Positions 48,446 to 56,212 of a DNA stretch of 56,212 bases are shown one piece after another. The translations under genes were made by a program, and so were the position numbers. This DNA comes from a virus (taxonomy: Duplodnaviria > Caudoviricetes), in the IMG/VR virus record IMGVR_UViG_3300005805_000109, positions 1 to 56,212 of that record; one strand, 5' to 3'. Under the pieces are notes generated by a model. It was not told where the DNA came from, made no database searches, and was given only the letters and a program-made list of their open reading frames with translations. How positions within the stretch are numbered: the stretch's first letter is position 1; each line of letters opens with the position of its first letter.

Positions 48446-48781
48446 ATGTCAAATAGATATGAATCATCGACGATAGTTAATAACTCTAAAAAAACAGAGA
48501 GCGATGGCACTGTTAAATATGTCAGACGATTATCATCCGTGATGTATCCAGATTTTAGGACAGAAAACGATACTAAAATCTTATCACAAGAAGGTGATAG
48601 ATTGGATTTATTGGCAAAAGAATTTTATGGTGATGAACGACTTTGGTTTGTTATTGCAAAGGCAAATAATCTTGGAAAAGGTAGTTTAGATGTTCCATCG
48701 GGAACGGTTGTGATAATACCATTTTATGAAGAATATTCTGGAATACGTGCTTTATTAAGTGATGAAAATCTTGATAGGTAA
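48446..48781 (+). CDS. LysM/gpX-like baseplate wedge protein (gp53-like)
   Basis: EGDRLDLLAKEFYGDERLWFVIAKANNL...G..V.IP. Confidence 0.8.
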   Translation: MSNRYESSTIVNNSKKTESDGTVKYVRRLSSVMYPDFRTENDTKILSQEGDRLDLLAKEFYGDERLWFVIAKANNLGKGSLDVPSGTVVIIPFYEEYSGIRALLSDENLDR

Positions 48782-48784
48782 ACT

Positions 48785-50893
48785 ATGGCAACTATAAAAA
48801 CAGAGAATGGTGACGTTATAAGTATTAATCCGTTTTATCAGCAAGTAAATAAATTTGTTGAAAATGAATTAAAAAACAGAGCAGTTTTTTATGGAAGACG
48901 GGTCAGGACGTCTGGAGCAGCTGCACCAAAAGCCGTTGAGTGGAGTTATCAAAAAACTGCATGGGCAACTGTAAAATCATTATACGGACCAACCAGCAAC
49001 ATTATATTAGGAACTCCCGGTTCAAATGTAATGTCCGATAGAAAAGGTAATTTAACACTGTATAATGCAGAAAGAAATGTACCGAATAAACCGTTGTTAT
49101 CAAAAGTAGAAATATCAAATGAAGGACAATTTGGTTCATTCTTAAAATCAAATATATCCTTCACAATCTTTCCAGAATTGACATCACAAGGGTTTGATAT
49201 TGGTAAAATAGAACAAGCGTTCTTTGTTCCTGGTCGTGAGGTAGAATTGAAATGGGGATGGAGTGTTTATGCAAATAATTCTAGAGCATGTACTGGAAAA
49301 TTCAATGGTATAGTTTACAATTTTAATTGGTCATTTAATCCGGATATGTCTATTGGTGCATCAGTATCTATCATTGCACCTTCTGCATTAGCAATTGGTG
49401 TATCTGCTGATCTTATAAATAAAGGTGACTCCACTGCCGCCAGTATAGACCCATCCGGTAAAATTTTAATAGGTAGTAACCTATCAAAAGTCATAGATTC
49501 AGATCTTGCACAGATGCCGTCTCCTGCATCTTCGGTCGATGGTCAAGTCCAATATGTTAAAAAGGCAGATACTGCAAATAAAAAGTTGGACTACTGGTCA
49601 ATTGCGTTACCACTGCAAGAAGGTGAACAAACTTCACAAGAACCCAGTAGTCAATCGACGAGAACCACAAAAGTACAATGGTATACTAGTTTTGGTGCCG
49701 TTGTTGCATTCTTAAACGAACTATTGGAATCATTTGATGACCCAATAAAGGAAATATTTACCATACAGTGTTATGGAAATGAAACACAATATCTAAAAGA
49801 TATAGTTTCCGCATATCCGTTTGAAGTGTATTTTCCAGACGTCGAAATGGGTAAATATGGTCCCATACAACCATTTAGAGGGACCTCTCCAACAAATATT
49901 CCGTCGGGACAAAATGTTACATGGTCTAACACAAATCCACTGACTCAGAATATCGAAAGTGGAAAAATAAACATTGGTGAAATATTACTCGGAACCGATT
50001 TTATTAAATCAGCATATGAATCATTTATATCTGATAATTCAAATAACATACCATACAAGACATTGCCAAAGTTAATGGATGAACTTTGTAAAAAAATAAA
50101 TCACGCATCTGGTGGTGTATATGAATTAACTCCTGTTTTATTTGAGCCATCTGCAAATAATATAGACAGTGGAGTTGATGGTAGATACCCACGATCGGTA
50201 CTTACAGTTGAAGATATGAACTTGAATATTGGATTGGGTGACATAGTTCCATATCGATTTGAACCGACTATATTTAGACCAATAATTCGTAGTGTAAGTA
50301 TTTCGTCAGACCCGCCACCTGCAATGGCAATGGCTGCATTTACTGCTGCTCGTGGTAATGCAAAACCAATTCAATCTGAAATGCGATTGTCAACAAACGA
50401 ACAACGAGATAATAAGGCACATGACGAAGAATATTGGGATGCCATTGGAAACTTGAGAACCTTGAAGTTTCAGGCAATACAACAAGGGTTCAGTGATAAT
50501 TGGTCTGAACAAGTACGGGGATACCTTGTGAAAATAAAAAGAACATCAAACGCACAAGATGCACATTGGCTTCATAAAGCAGTGTATCCGGTTAAATTTT
50601 CAGTTACATTAGATGGTATAAATGGGTTTAAATTTGGTGATACATTGTCTACAACGATGATTCCTGCAATTTATAACACTGTATATAATATGGTATTTAC
50701 TGTTAGTAGAGTTAATCATGTTATAGAAAATAAAGATTGGTCAACTACAATAGAAACCGTCGCCAGAATAAACACAATAGGAACCGGTCCAGACCCTGCG
50801 TATGCAGGTGTTCATGCAACCGCAGGTTCCTCAAACGCTGTTCAAACTGAAGCAGGACAAGTACCAATAAATCCATCCGAAGACACGAGATAA
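48785..50893 (+). CDS. Putative baseplate hub protein
   Basis: PG.EV.L.WGWS, G.V.NF.WS, C-terminal TLDGI.G.KFG...F.V..V.H.I...W.TTIE; follows the LysM gene. Confidence 0.6.
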   Translation: MATIKTENGDVISINPFYQQVNKFVENELKNRAVFYGRRVRTSGAAAPKAVEWSYQKTAWATVKSLYGPTSNIILGTPGSNVMSDRKGNLTLYNAERNVPNKPLLSKVEISNEGQFGSFLKSNISFTIFPELTSQGFDIGKIEQAFFVPGREVELKWGWSVYANNSRACTGKFNGIVYNFNWSFNPDMSIGASVSIIAPSALAIGVSADLINKGDSTAASIDPSGKILIGSNLSKVIDSDLAQMPSPASSVDGQVQYVKKADTANKKLDYWSIALPLQEGEQTSQEPSSQSTRTTKVQWYTSFGAVVAFLNELLESFDDPIKEIFTIQCYGNETQYLKDIVSAYPFEVYFPDVEMGKYGPIQPFRGTSPTNIPSGQNVTWSNTNPLTQNIESGKINIGEILLGTDFIKSAYESFISDNSNNIPYKTLPKLMDELCKKINHASGGVYELTPVLFEPSANNIDSGVDGRYPRSVLTVEDMNLNIGLGDIVPYRFEPTIFRPIIRSVSISSDPPPAMAMAAFTAARGNAKPIQSEMRLSTNEQRDNKAHDEEYWDAIGNLRTLKFQAIQQGFSDNWSEQVRGYLVKIKRTSNAQDAHWLHKAVYPVKFSVTLDGINGFKFGDTLSTTMIPAIYNTVYNMVFTVSRVNHVIENKDWSTTIETVARINTIGTGPDPAYAGVHATAGSSNAVQTEAGQVPINPSEDTR

Positions 50894-50897
50894 AATC

Positions 50898-51554
50898 ATG
50901 GCATTTAGAAAAAAGATATATTATCCCGATAGTCAGATTGAAAAGAATCTTTACACAAGAGGTAAAGAATGGATGTTTCTTGATGACTGGAAAGAATATG
51001 TTGGGTATTATCACAAATACTCGAATGGTGAGGTATATACAGAACGAGAATGGGATTCTGTCCGTTCAAAACGATTGGTGGTATATAAAGAAAATCCAAA
51101 TTCATATTTCAGGTATCTGGACTTAAAAAATTACACAGAATATCGTGGTGAAAAATATGAGATTATTGGTTCTGAAAAGATATTTTCGTATGTTGCACCG
51201 AGATCAGTTAAAGTTATACCATCGATGACTGATGCTGAAAACGGATTTATGAACAGATATTTTGTTTACAAGAGGAATGAACCCAATAGAGTTATGTATG
51301 AAGTTGATGAGACACAGATAAAAGATTTCGATAAATTAAATGCTGGTATCAATCACAATTTGTATGGATACATAACCGTTCCTTGGAAACTGACAGGTCC
51401 AGAATTTGATATTATCAAAGATGGTATAACTACTACAACGGGCGTCGTCAGTACAAATCAAAGAATTATTAATAGATTTTCAAAAAAATTTCTTATATTG
51501 AATCGTTTGTTAAACAATCCACGAGAACATTCAATGTACGATAAGCCACGATAA
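50898..51554 (+). CDS. Conserved baseplate-region hypothetical protein
   Basis: NLYT.G.E...EY.GYYH...G..YT and G.M.RYF...W.LTG patterns. Confidence 0.65.
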   Translation: MAFRKKIYYPDSQIEKNLYTRGKEWMFLDDWKEYVGYYHKYSNGEVYTEREWDSVRSKRLVVYKENPNSYFRYLDLKNYTEYRGEKYEIIGSEKIFSYVAPRSVKVIPSMTDAENGFMNRYFVYKRNEPNRVMYEVDETQIKDFDKLNAGINHNLYGYITVPWKLTGPEFDIIKDGITTTTGVVSTNQRIINRFSKKFLILNRLLNNPREHSMYDKPR

Positions 51555-52768
51555 TGTTTCAAGATACACCGAGTATCTGTATTCCATTTTTCTCAAACAA
51601 TAACTTCCATCCTTCTGAATCGGAAGTAATTGGTTTGTATTTGTATTTTATTGATGGAACTACACGTCTTTTAAACTTCACGCATCCAGATGCCCTATCA
51701 TCTCAATATACACTAGAGTCAATAAAACTTCACCCGAATTCGTTAGTTCTAAACAAGAAAGGTATGATATATCAAGAGTTTAATGAAGGTATAGACCTAA
51801 ATTCATATCTACACTATTATATTCACGATCATGTGAATGTGCAAGAATTCTATACGAATGTGATGGAAAATTTTTATTCTCGGTATTACAACTCGAAAAA
51901 ATTGAACAAGATAATTCCACTATCAAAGTTAATTGAGTTTGCAGAGAATATTATACTTTTTGTCCTTCCATACTATAAGCCAGATAAGATTTCACAAGAA
52001 TGTATTGACTATTGTGAGGATTTTACCAAACGGTTCCATTACATAGAAAAGAATGAAATACCCGTCGATGATGAGATGAAGAAACAAAATTATATGTGGT
52101 ATACCGCAACTTCTCGTCCAAGTAATTCGTGGAATAACTTCAACTTCTCTGCCTTGAATAAAAACGACGGTACACGTAATAAAATTCATTCTCGGTTTGA
52201 AGGAGGTAAGATTATTCAGTTTGACTATGATGCCTTTCATATCAAACTGCTGGCAAAGATTCTTGATTATAAGTTTACTAAACATCCATACGATGAAATA
52301 AAGGAAGAGTTAGGACTTGATATTCCTTATGATGAAGTAAAGTCAAGGGTGTTCCAAAACATATACGGAACAATCACAGATCAATTCTTACAACATCCAT
52401 TCTTCCAAAGAGTTCAGGCAATGGTAGATGAACTATATCAAGAGTATGTTGAGAAGGGATATACAGAGTCATACTTCTATCATAAAAGATTCCGTGATAT
52501 AGTAGATCCAAACCCGAATAAGATATTCAATTACTTCTTACAATCGTTGGAGACCGAATACAACGTTCGTAAATTAAAAACCGTTCTACCGATGTTACAA
52601 GACCAAAGAACGGTACTGTGTATGTATCTCTACGATGCATTTGTATTTGATGTTCTACCTGATGAGATGGAATTGATACCACAACTAAAACGTGCGTTTG
52701 AAACCGACGGTATGACTACTAAATGTTCTATTGGTGATGATTTTGGTGACTTAATCTCATATTTATAG
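51554..52768 (+). CDS. Compact family-A DNA polymerase-like protein
   Basis: TATSRPSN, motif A QFDYDAFH, motif B K...FQNIYG, NYFLQ, motif C YLYDAFVFD. Confidence 0.75.
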   Translation: MFQDTPSICIPFFSNNNFHPSESEVIGLYLYFIDGTTRLLNFTHPDALSSQYTLESIKLHPNSLVLNKKGMIYQEFNEGIDLNSYLHYYIHDHVNVQEFYTNVMENFYSRYYNSKKLNKIIPLSKLIEFAENIILFVLPYYKPDKISQECIDYCEDFTKRFHYIEKNEIPVDDEMKKQNYMWYTATSRPSNSWNNFNFSALNKNDGTRNKIHSRFEGGKIIQFDYDAFHIKLLAKILDYKFTKHPYDEIKEELGLDIPYDEVKSRVFQNIYGTITDQFLQHPFFQRVQAMVDELYQEYVEKGYTESYFYHKRFRDIVDPNPNKIFNYFLQSLETEYNVRKLKTVLPMLQDQRTVLCMYLYDAFVFDVLPDEMELIPQLKRAFETDGMTTKCSIGDDFGDLISYL

Positions 52769-52796
52769 GTATGTAAATTTATTATTATGGGATAAT

Positions 52797-52970
52797 ATGG
52801 AAACCGTTATAAATACAATCGTAGAAGAATGGTCAAGAAAAATTGACTCCGGAATTATTGATTTAAAAAGTGAATCACATAAATCATTACTTTTGCAAAC
52901 ATTACATGAACATATACAAAACGACTTTCTTATAGAAGAAATCATGCGGAAAATTTACGATAACGAATGA
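52797..52970 (+). CDS. 57-aa ORF (not in the ORF track)
   Basis: METVINTIVEEWSRKIDSGIIDLKSESHKSLLLQTLHEHIQNDFLIEEIMRKIYDNE; fills the gap on the coding strand, with TATTTAT at 52760. Confidence 0.65.
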   Translation: METVINTIVEEWSRKIDSGIIDLKSESHKSLLLQTLHEHIQNDFLIEEIMRKIYDNE

Positions 52971-52980
52971 GAGAGGATTA

Positions 52981-53370
52981 TTGAGAACACAACTTGTATG
53001 TACATTTGTTAGGAAATATGAAATAGAGAATGCGATAAATGAGATAAAATCGTCATTTCAATTGTTAAACAATAAAATTTTTTTACTGAAGTCAGCCGGT
53101 ATTCAAAATGAATCTATTTTATCATATAACGTTCAGTTAGATGGCAAACAACAATTTTTAAAAAGTTCTATAATGGTACACCGTAAAAAAGAAACAAATA
53201 CAATTTATACGATTAACGCATTAAACGAATTAATAATCAAGATTAACAATGGGGTTCTCGATAAACAATATCCAATAGAGTGGGATCGGTATCAAAACAC
53301 AATGCTTTTAAAACGTCAGGAAGGATTGAAGATACTAAATATTGAAATGGTAAGGTCATATTCAGTTTAA
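52981..53370 (+). CDS. Conserved phage hypothetical protein
   Basis: QLVCTF...HRKKETNTIYTINALN; TTG start with GAGG SD. Confidence 0.7.
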   Translation: MRTQLVCTFVRKYEIENAINEIKSSFQLLNNKIFLLKSAGIQNESILSYNVQLDGKQQFLKSSIMVHRKKETNTIYTINALNELIIKINNGVLDKQYPIEWDRYQNTMLLKRQEGLKILNIEMVRSYSV

Positions 53371-53400
53371 TTTTGCATTTCGTATATTTATAATAGTAAT

Positions 53401-53730
53401 ATGAAGAAAACTAAAAATAACGATATAATAGAATCTACCAATCAAATTATAAAATTGATGAGGGAGATGTTAGACACCCAGATTGAAGAATCTGCGGGTG
53501 TTTCCAATTTTTTTGAAAATCTTCGAGAAAAATTACCTCAAATTTATTTAAGACCAAATAGTGTAATAGACGCTGGTAGATACTCTATGAACAAAATTGA
53601 ATCCGCTCTTGCTGATATTGGATTTGAATTTCGTAAAGAAATGGAAGATAAATTCCATTATTTTAATGGAGATACGAGCATTAGTGTTTATTTGAATCCT
53701 ACGAATAGAAAGATAACATTCACTCCCTAA
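53401..53730 (+). CDS. Hypothetical protein
   Basis: 109-aa ORF; TATTTAT at 53385; IIE|S and IEE|S sites. Confidence 0.6.
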   Translation: MKKTKNNDIIESTNQIIKLMREMLDTQIEESAGVSNFFENLREKLPQIYLRPNSVIDAGRYSMNKIESALADIGFEFRKEMEDKFHYFNGDTSISVYLNPTNRKITFTP

Positions 53731-53746
53731 TTATTAGAGAACTTTT

Positions 53747-54541
53747 ATGAAAAAAATCAAGAAAAATATAAACGAAGGACTTGCCGATGAAATTGCAGGT
53801 AGTTTTCGATATTCTTTTTTTATAGACCTATATCCTATTGCTAACAGACGTGGTGGCCTACTTACAATCATGTTTCCGAATGTTGGGTCGAAGAAATTGT
53901 ATCGCTGGTTAAAGGGTGCAGATTCAAGTGATGCTTACACACAAAATGCCGAAAAGCTAGAATCGTTGTATTCGAGAATGAGTACAGTTTCTTCATTGAA
54001 GACATTATATCGTGCTGTAAATGTTTTAAAGGCAAAGAAAACAACACCGGAAGAAAATGAGACGAGAATCCGAGATTTACAACTTTTAATGTCAAAAATT
54101 GAGCGAGTTATTAAGTCAAAATTGACAGGTGACGAACAAGAGATGTTGAATTCTCTTTCACCATTATTATCATCGGCATCAAATGACGCCGCTAAATCTA
54201 TTGAAGGATCAGTTGGTGCAAGCACAGAAACACCAAAAGAAACTGAACCAGTTGAAGAACCTACTGAAAAACCAGAAGAACAACCAAAAGAAGAACCAAA
54301 AGAAGAACCATCAACTGAAAAACCAGCAGAGAAAGCTCCAGCTCCAACTGAAAAACCAGCAGAGAAAGCTCCAGCTCCAACTGAAAAACCATCAAAAGAA
54401 AAATCAGAACCTGAAAAGACAGAAGAACCCGCTGGTGAATCTGGTGAAGAAGAAAAGGAAAAAACGGAATCGGTTCGTATGAGAAAATACCTAAAATCAA
54501 TTATTAGAGAAATAGTAGAACGAAAATTAGGTTTGAAATAA
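53747..54541 (+). CDS. Putative internal head protein with a P/E/K-rich linker
   Basis: Leader MKKIKKNINE|G; C-terminal KYLKSIIREIV. Confidence 0.6.
   Translation: MKKIKKNINEGLADEIAGSFRYSFFIDLYPIANRRGGLLTIMFPNVGSKKLYRWLKGADSSDAYTQNAEKLESLYSRMSTVSSLKTLYRAVNVLKAKKTTPEENETRIRDLQLLMSKIERVIKSKLTGDEQEMLNSLSPLLSSASNDAAKSIEGSVGASTETPKETEPVEEPTEKPEEQPKEEPKEEPSTEKPAEKAPAPTEKPAEKAPAPTEKPSKEKSEPEKTEEPAGESGEEEKEKTESVRMRKYLKSIIREIVERKLGLK
54312..54391 (+). repeat. 33-bp exact coding tandem duplication (about 2.4 copies)
   Basis: CAACTGAAAAACCAGCAGAGAAAGCTCCAGCTC at 54312 and 54345, partial at 54378; encodes TEKPAEKAPAP. Confidence 0.95.
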
Positions 54542-54561
54542 GTGTAACTTTTCCGTATATT
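54533..54561 (+). promoter_or_regulatory. Sigma70-type promoter
   Basis: TTGAAA-N17-TATATT. Confidence 0.65.
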
Positions 54562-54605
54562 ATGGATTGTTATAAGACAACAACGTTTTTTACACAGGAG
54601 ATATT

Positions 54606-55208
54606 ATGAAATACACAATTATGTTTTTACTTACCGCGATGATTATCGTTGGTTGCTCCGATAGTTCAGTTTCCGTACAAGAACCAATTTCTGTTATCTC
54701 GGTCACTTCAGATAGTGACGTACAATCCATGATGACACCACCAGAAACTCCGAGAAAAGGTGACCGTAAATCAACACCTAGTCCATTTGTTGATCTTCTT
54801 CGTTCTTTAAATCTTACAGATGGACAAAAACCACTCGTAGAACGATTACTTACACAACACAAAGAATGTACACAATCTTGTATCGAAACACTCAAGACAT
54901 CTGAACGTGAAATTCTTATGAACGCAAGAATTGAAGAAAAGAAAATTAAGGATGGAGTAAAAGCCGGTACAATCACAAAAGAAGTCGCAAGACGTGAATT
55001 GGCGCAACTCAAACAATCAACTCAAGAAAAACTAAAAGCACTTCCAAAAGATAAGGTTCGTGAATGTCTACAAGGGTGTGATACACAATTCCTAAATTCA
55101 CTCAAAGAAATTCTTACACCTGAACAGAAGATTATACTTGAAAAGTGGATTGCCTCTCGTCAAAAGAGAGGAACCACAGACGATAAGAATCCAAAGGGTC
55201 GGGGTTAA
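54606..55208 (+). CDS. Lipoprotein with a Spy/CpxP-like LTxxQ helical domain
   Basis: Lipobox IVGC, LNLTDGQK and ILTPEQK, two CxxxC motifs; AGGAG SD. Confidence 0.7.
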   Translation: MKYTIMFLLTAMIIVGCSDSSVSVQEPISVISVTSDSDVQSMMTPPETPRKGDRKSTPSPFVDLLRSLNLTDGQKPLVERLLTQHKECTQSCIETLKTSEREILMNARIEEKKIKDGVKAGTITKEVARRELAQLKQSTQEKLKALPKDKVRECLQGCDTQFLNSLKEILTPEQKIILEKWIASRQKRGTTDDKNPKGRG

Positions 55209-55233
55209 TTCCCTGACCCTTTTGGGTTTTTTT
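55191..55233 (+). terminator. Rho-independent terminator overlapping the lipoprotein stop
   Basis: AAAGGGTCGGGG-TTAATT-CCCTGACCCTTT followed by a T tract. Confidence 0.85.
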
Positions 55234-55244
55234 ACCAACACCTA

Positions 55245-55273
55245 TTGACTTTTAACATTTAATTTCGTATATT
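55245..55273 (+). promoter_or_regulatory. Sigma70-type promoter for the SSB operon
   Basis: TTGACT-N17-TATATT. Confidence 0.75.
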
Positions 55274-55348
55274 AGTACTATCAATTAACAATTGACCTGA
55301 TAATAGTTATCAGTTCACAATTATCATTTACATTTTAGGAGTACCTAT

Positions 55349-56104
55349 ATGGCAATCAATCTTGATGCTATACGCAACCGTTTGAACACATTGAAGAACG
55401 CGAACAATCGCACTTCAAACATTTGGAAGCCAGAACCTGGCGAACATCAAATCCGAATTGTTCCTTACGCACACAACCGTGAAAATCCTTTCATTGAGTT
55501 GTTCTTCCACTACAATCTTGGTAAGAAGTCACTTCTATCACCTGTATCATTTGGTCGTCCTGACCCAATCGTTGAGTTTGCTGAAAAGTTGAAGCAAACT
55601 GGATCAAAGGAAGATTGGATCATGGGTCGTAAGTTGGAACCAAAGATGCGTACTTATGTTCCTGTACTCGTTCGTGGTGCAGAAAAGGAAGGTGTAAAGT
55701 TCTGGGGATTTGGTAAGCAACTTTATCAAGAACTTCTTTCATTCATTGCTGACCCAGACTACGGTGATATTTCAGATTTGAAGGAAGGTCGTGACATTGT
55801 AGTTACTGTTAAGTCGGCAGAAGAAGCCGGTAAGAACTTTGCAGAAACAACAATTCGTATCAAGCCAAAGCAAACACCAGCAACAGACAATACAGAAATC
55901 CTTGAAAAGATTAAGGAACAATCAGCAATAACAGAACTTTATCCAGAACCAACATATGATGAATTGAAGTCACATCTTCAAACTTGGTTAGGTCAAGCAG
56001 ACGAACAAAGCCAAGAAGTTCAATATAACAAGACATCTGAGCCATCAAAGCAATCTGTGACAAAGGAAGAAGTTGAAAATGCATTCGATGACCTATTCAA
56101 CTAA
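55349..56104 (+). CDS. gp32: Single-stranded DNA-binding protein (T4 gp32-like)
   Basis: WKP..G...IRIVP, DPI.E, GVKFWGFGK, D.SD.KEGRD and acidic tail FDDLFN. Confidence 0.88.
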   Translation: MAINLDAIRNRLNTLKNANNRTSNIWKPEPGEHQIRIVPYAHNRENPFIELFFHYNLGKKSLLSPVSFGRPDPIVEFAEKLKQTGSKEDWIMGRKLEPKMRTYVPVLVRGAEKEGVKFWGFGKQLYQELLSFIADPDYGDISDLKEGRDIVVTVKSAEEAGKNFAETTIRIKPKQTPATDNTEILEKIKEQSAITELYPEPTYDELKSHLQTWLGQADEQSQEVQYNKTSEPSKQSVTKEEVENAFDDLFN

Positions 56105-56116
56105 TAGGAGTCATCT

Positions 56117-56212
56117 ATGGCAAAAAACAAAATGGAACTCACCGATGAACTCGGTGGTGTGATTGCTGAAACTATCAACAAGCAATTCAAATCTCAAAAT
56201 CTCAAAACGGCT
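56117..56212 (+). CDS. Start of the next gene (3'-truncated), probably RecA/UvsX recombinase
   Basis: AGGAG SD and MAKNKMELTDELGGVIAETINKQFK. The call rests on position after SSB and N-terminal resemblance only. Confidence 0.5.
   Translation, partial: MAKNKMELTDELGGVIAETINKQFKSQNLKTA

Noticed and set aside
52763-52945. 60-aa minus-strand ORF
   Set aside because: It is antisense to a better-supported + strand 57-aa ORF that fits the operon direction.
54590-55012. 140-aa minus-strand ORF
   Set aside because: Antisense shadow of the lipoprotein gene, which has a promoter, SD, lipobox and terminator.
1-56212. Stop-codon reassignment, tRNA genes, or a diversity-generating retroelement
   Set aside because: Core genes are intact in the standard code and end in TAA, TAG or TGA. 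No cloverleaf, reverse transcriptase or TR/VR pair was noticed, although a tRNA or covariance scan was not possible.

Overview
This window is part of a large T4-like (myovirus or jumbo) phage genome. It uses the standard genetic code and is coded almost entirely on the + strand. It holds the late morphogenesis module (terminase, portal, prohead protease, scaffold, major capsid, neck, tail sheath and tube, tail chaperone, tape measure, baseplate-like genes) and the start of a replication block (small PolA-like gene, gp32-type SSB, probable RecA/UvsX). Accessory content includes a phage ribosomal protein bS21 next to a degenerate Alt/VIP2-like ADP-ribosyltransferase, PhoH, a Spy/CpxP-like lipoprotein, an ~8 kb island of orphan genes and four homing-type endonucleases. 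One endonuclease is fused in frame inside a gene and two carry a Mom-like GNAT domain. The most interesting non-coding signal is an orientation-specific motif, YATATTTAT-N(0-5)-TATR, in about 16 intergenic spaces. Its core is the reverse complement of the T4 late promoter and it often sits inside an inverted repeat. Other notable signals are a probable +1/-2 frameshift in the tail chaperone, a scaffold leader hairpin with an anti-SD loop, and small genes that pair this motif with prohead-protease-type (I/L-x-E) leaders, suggesting a dispersed capsid-cargo system. All family calls come from motif recognition by eye; no database searches were run.
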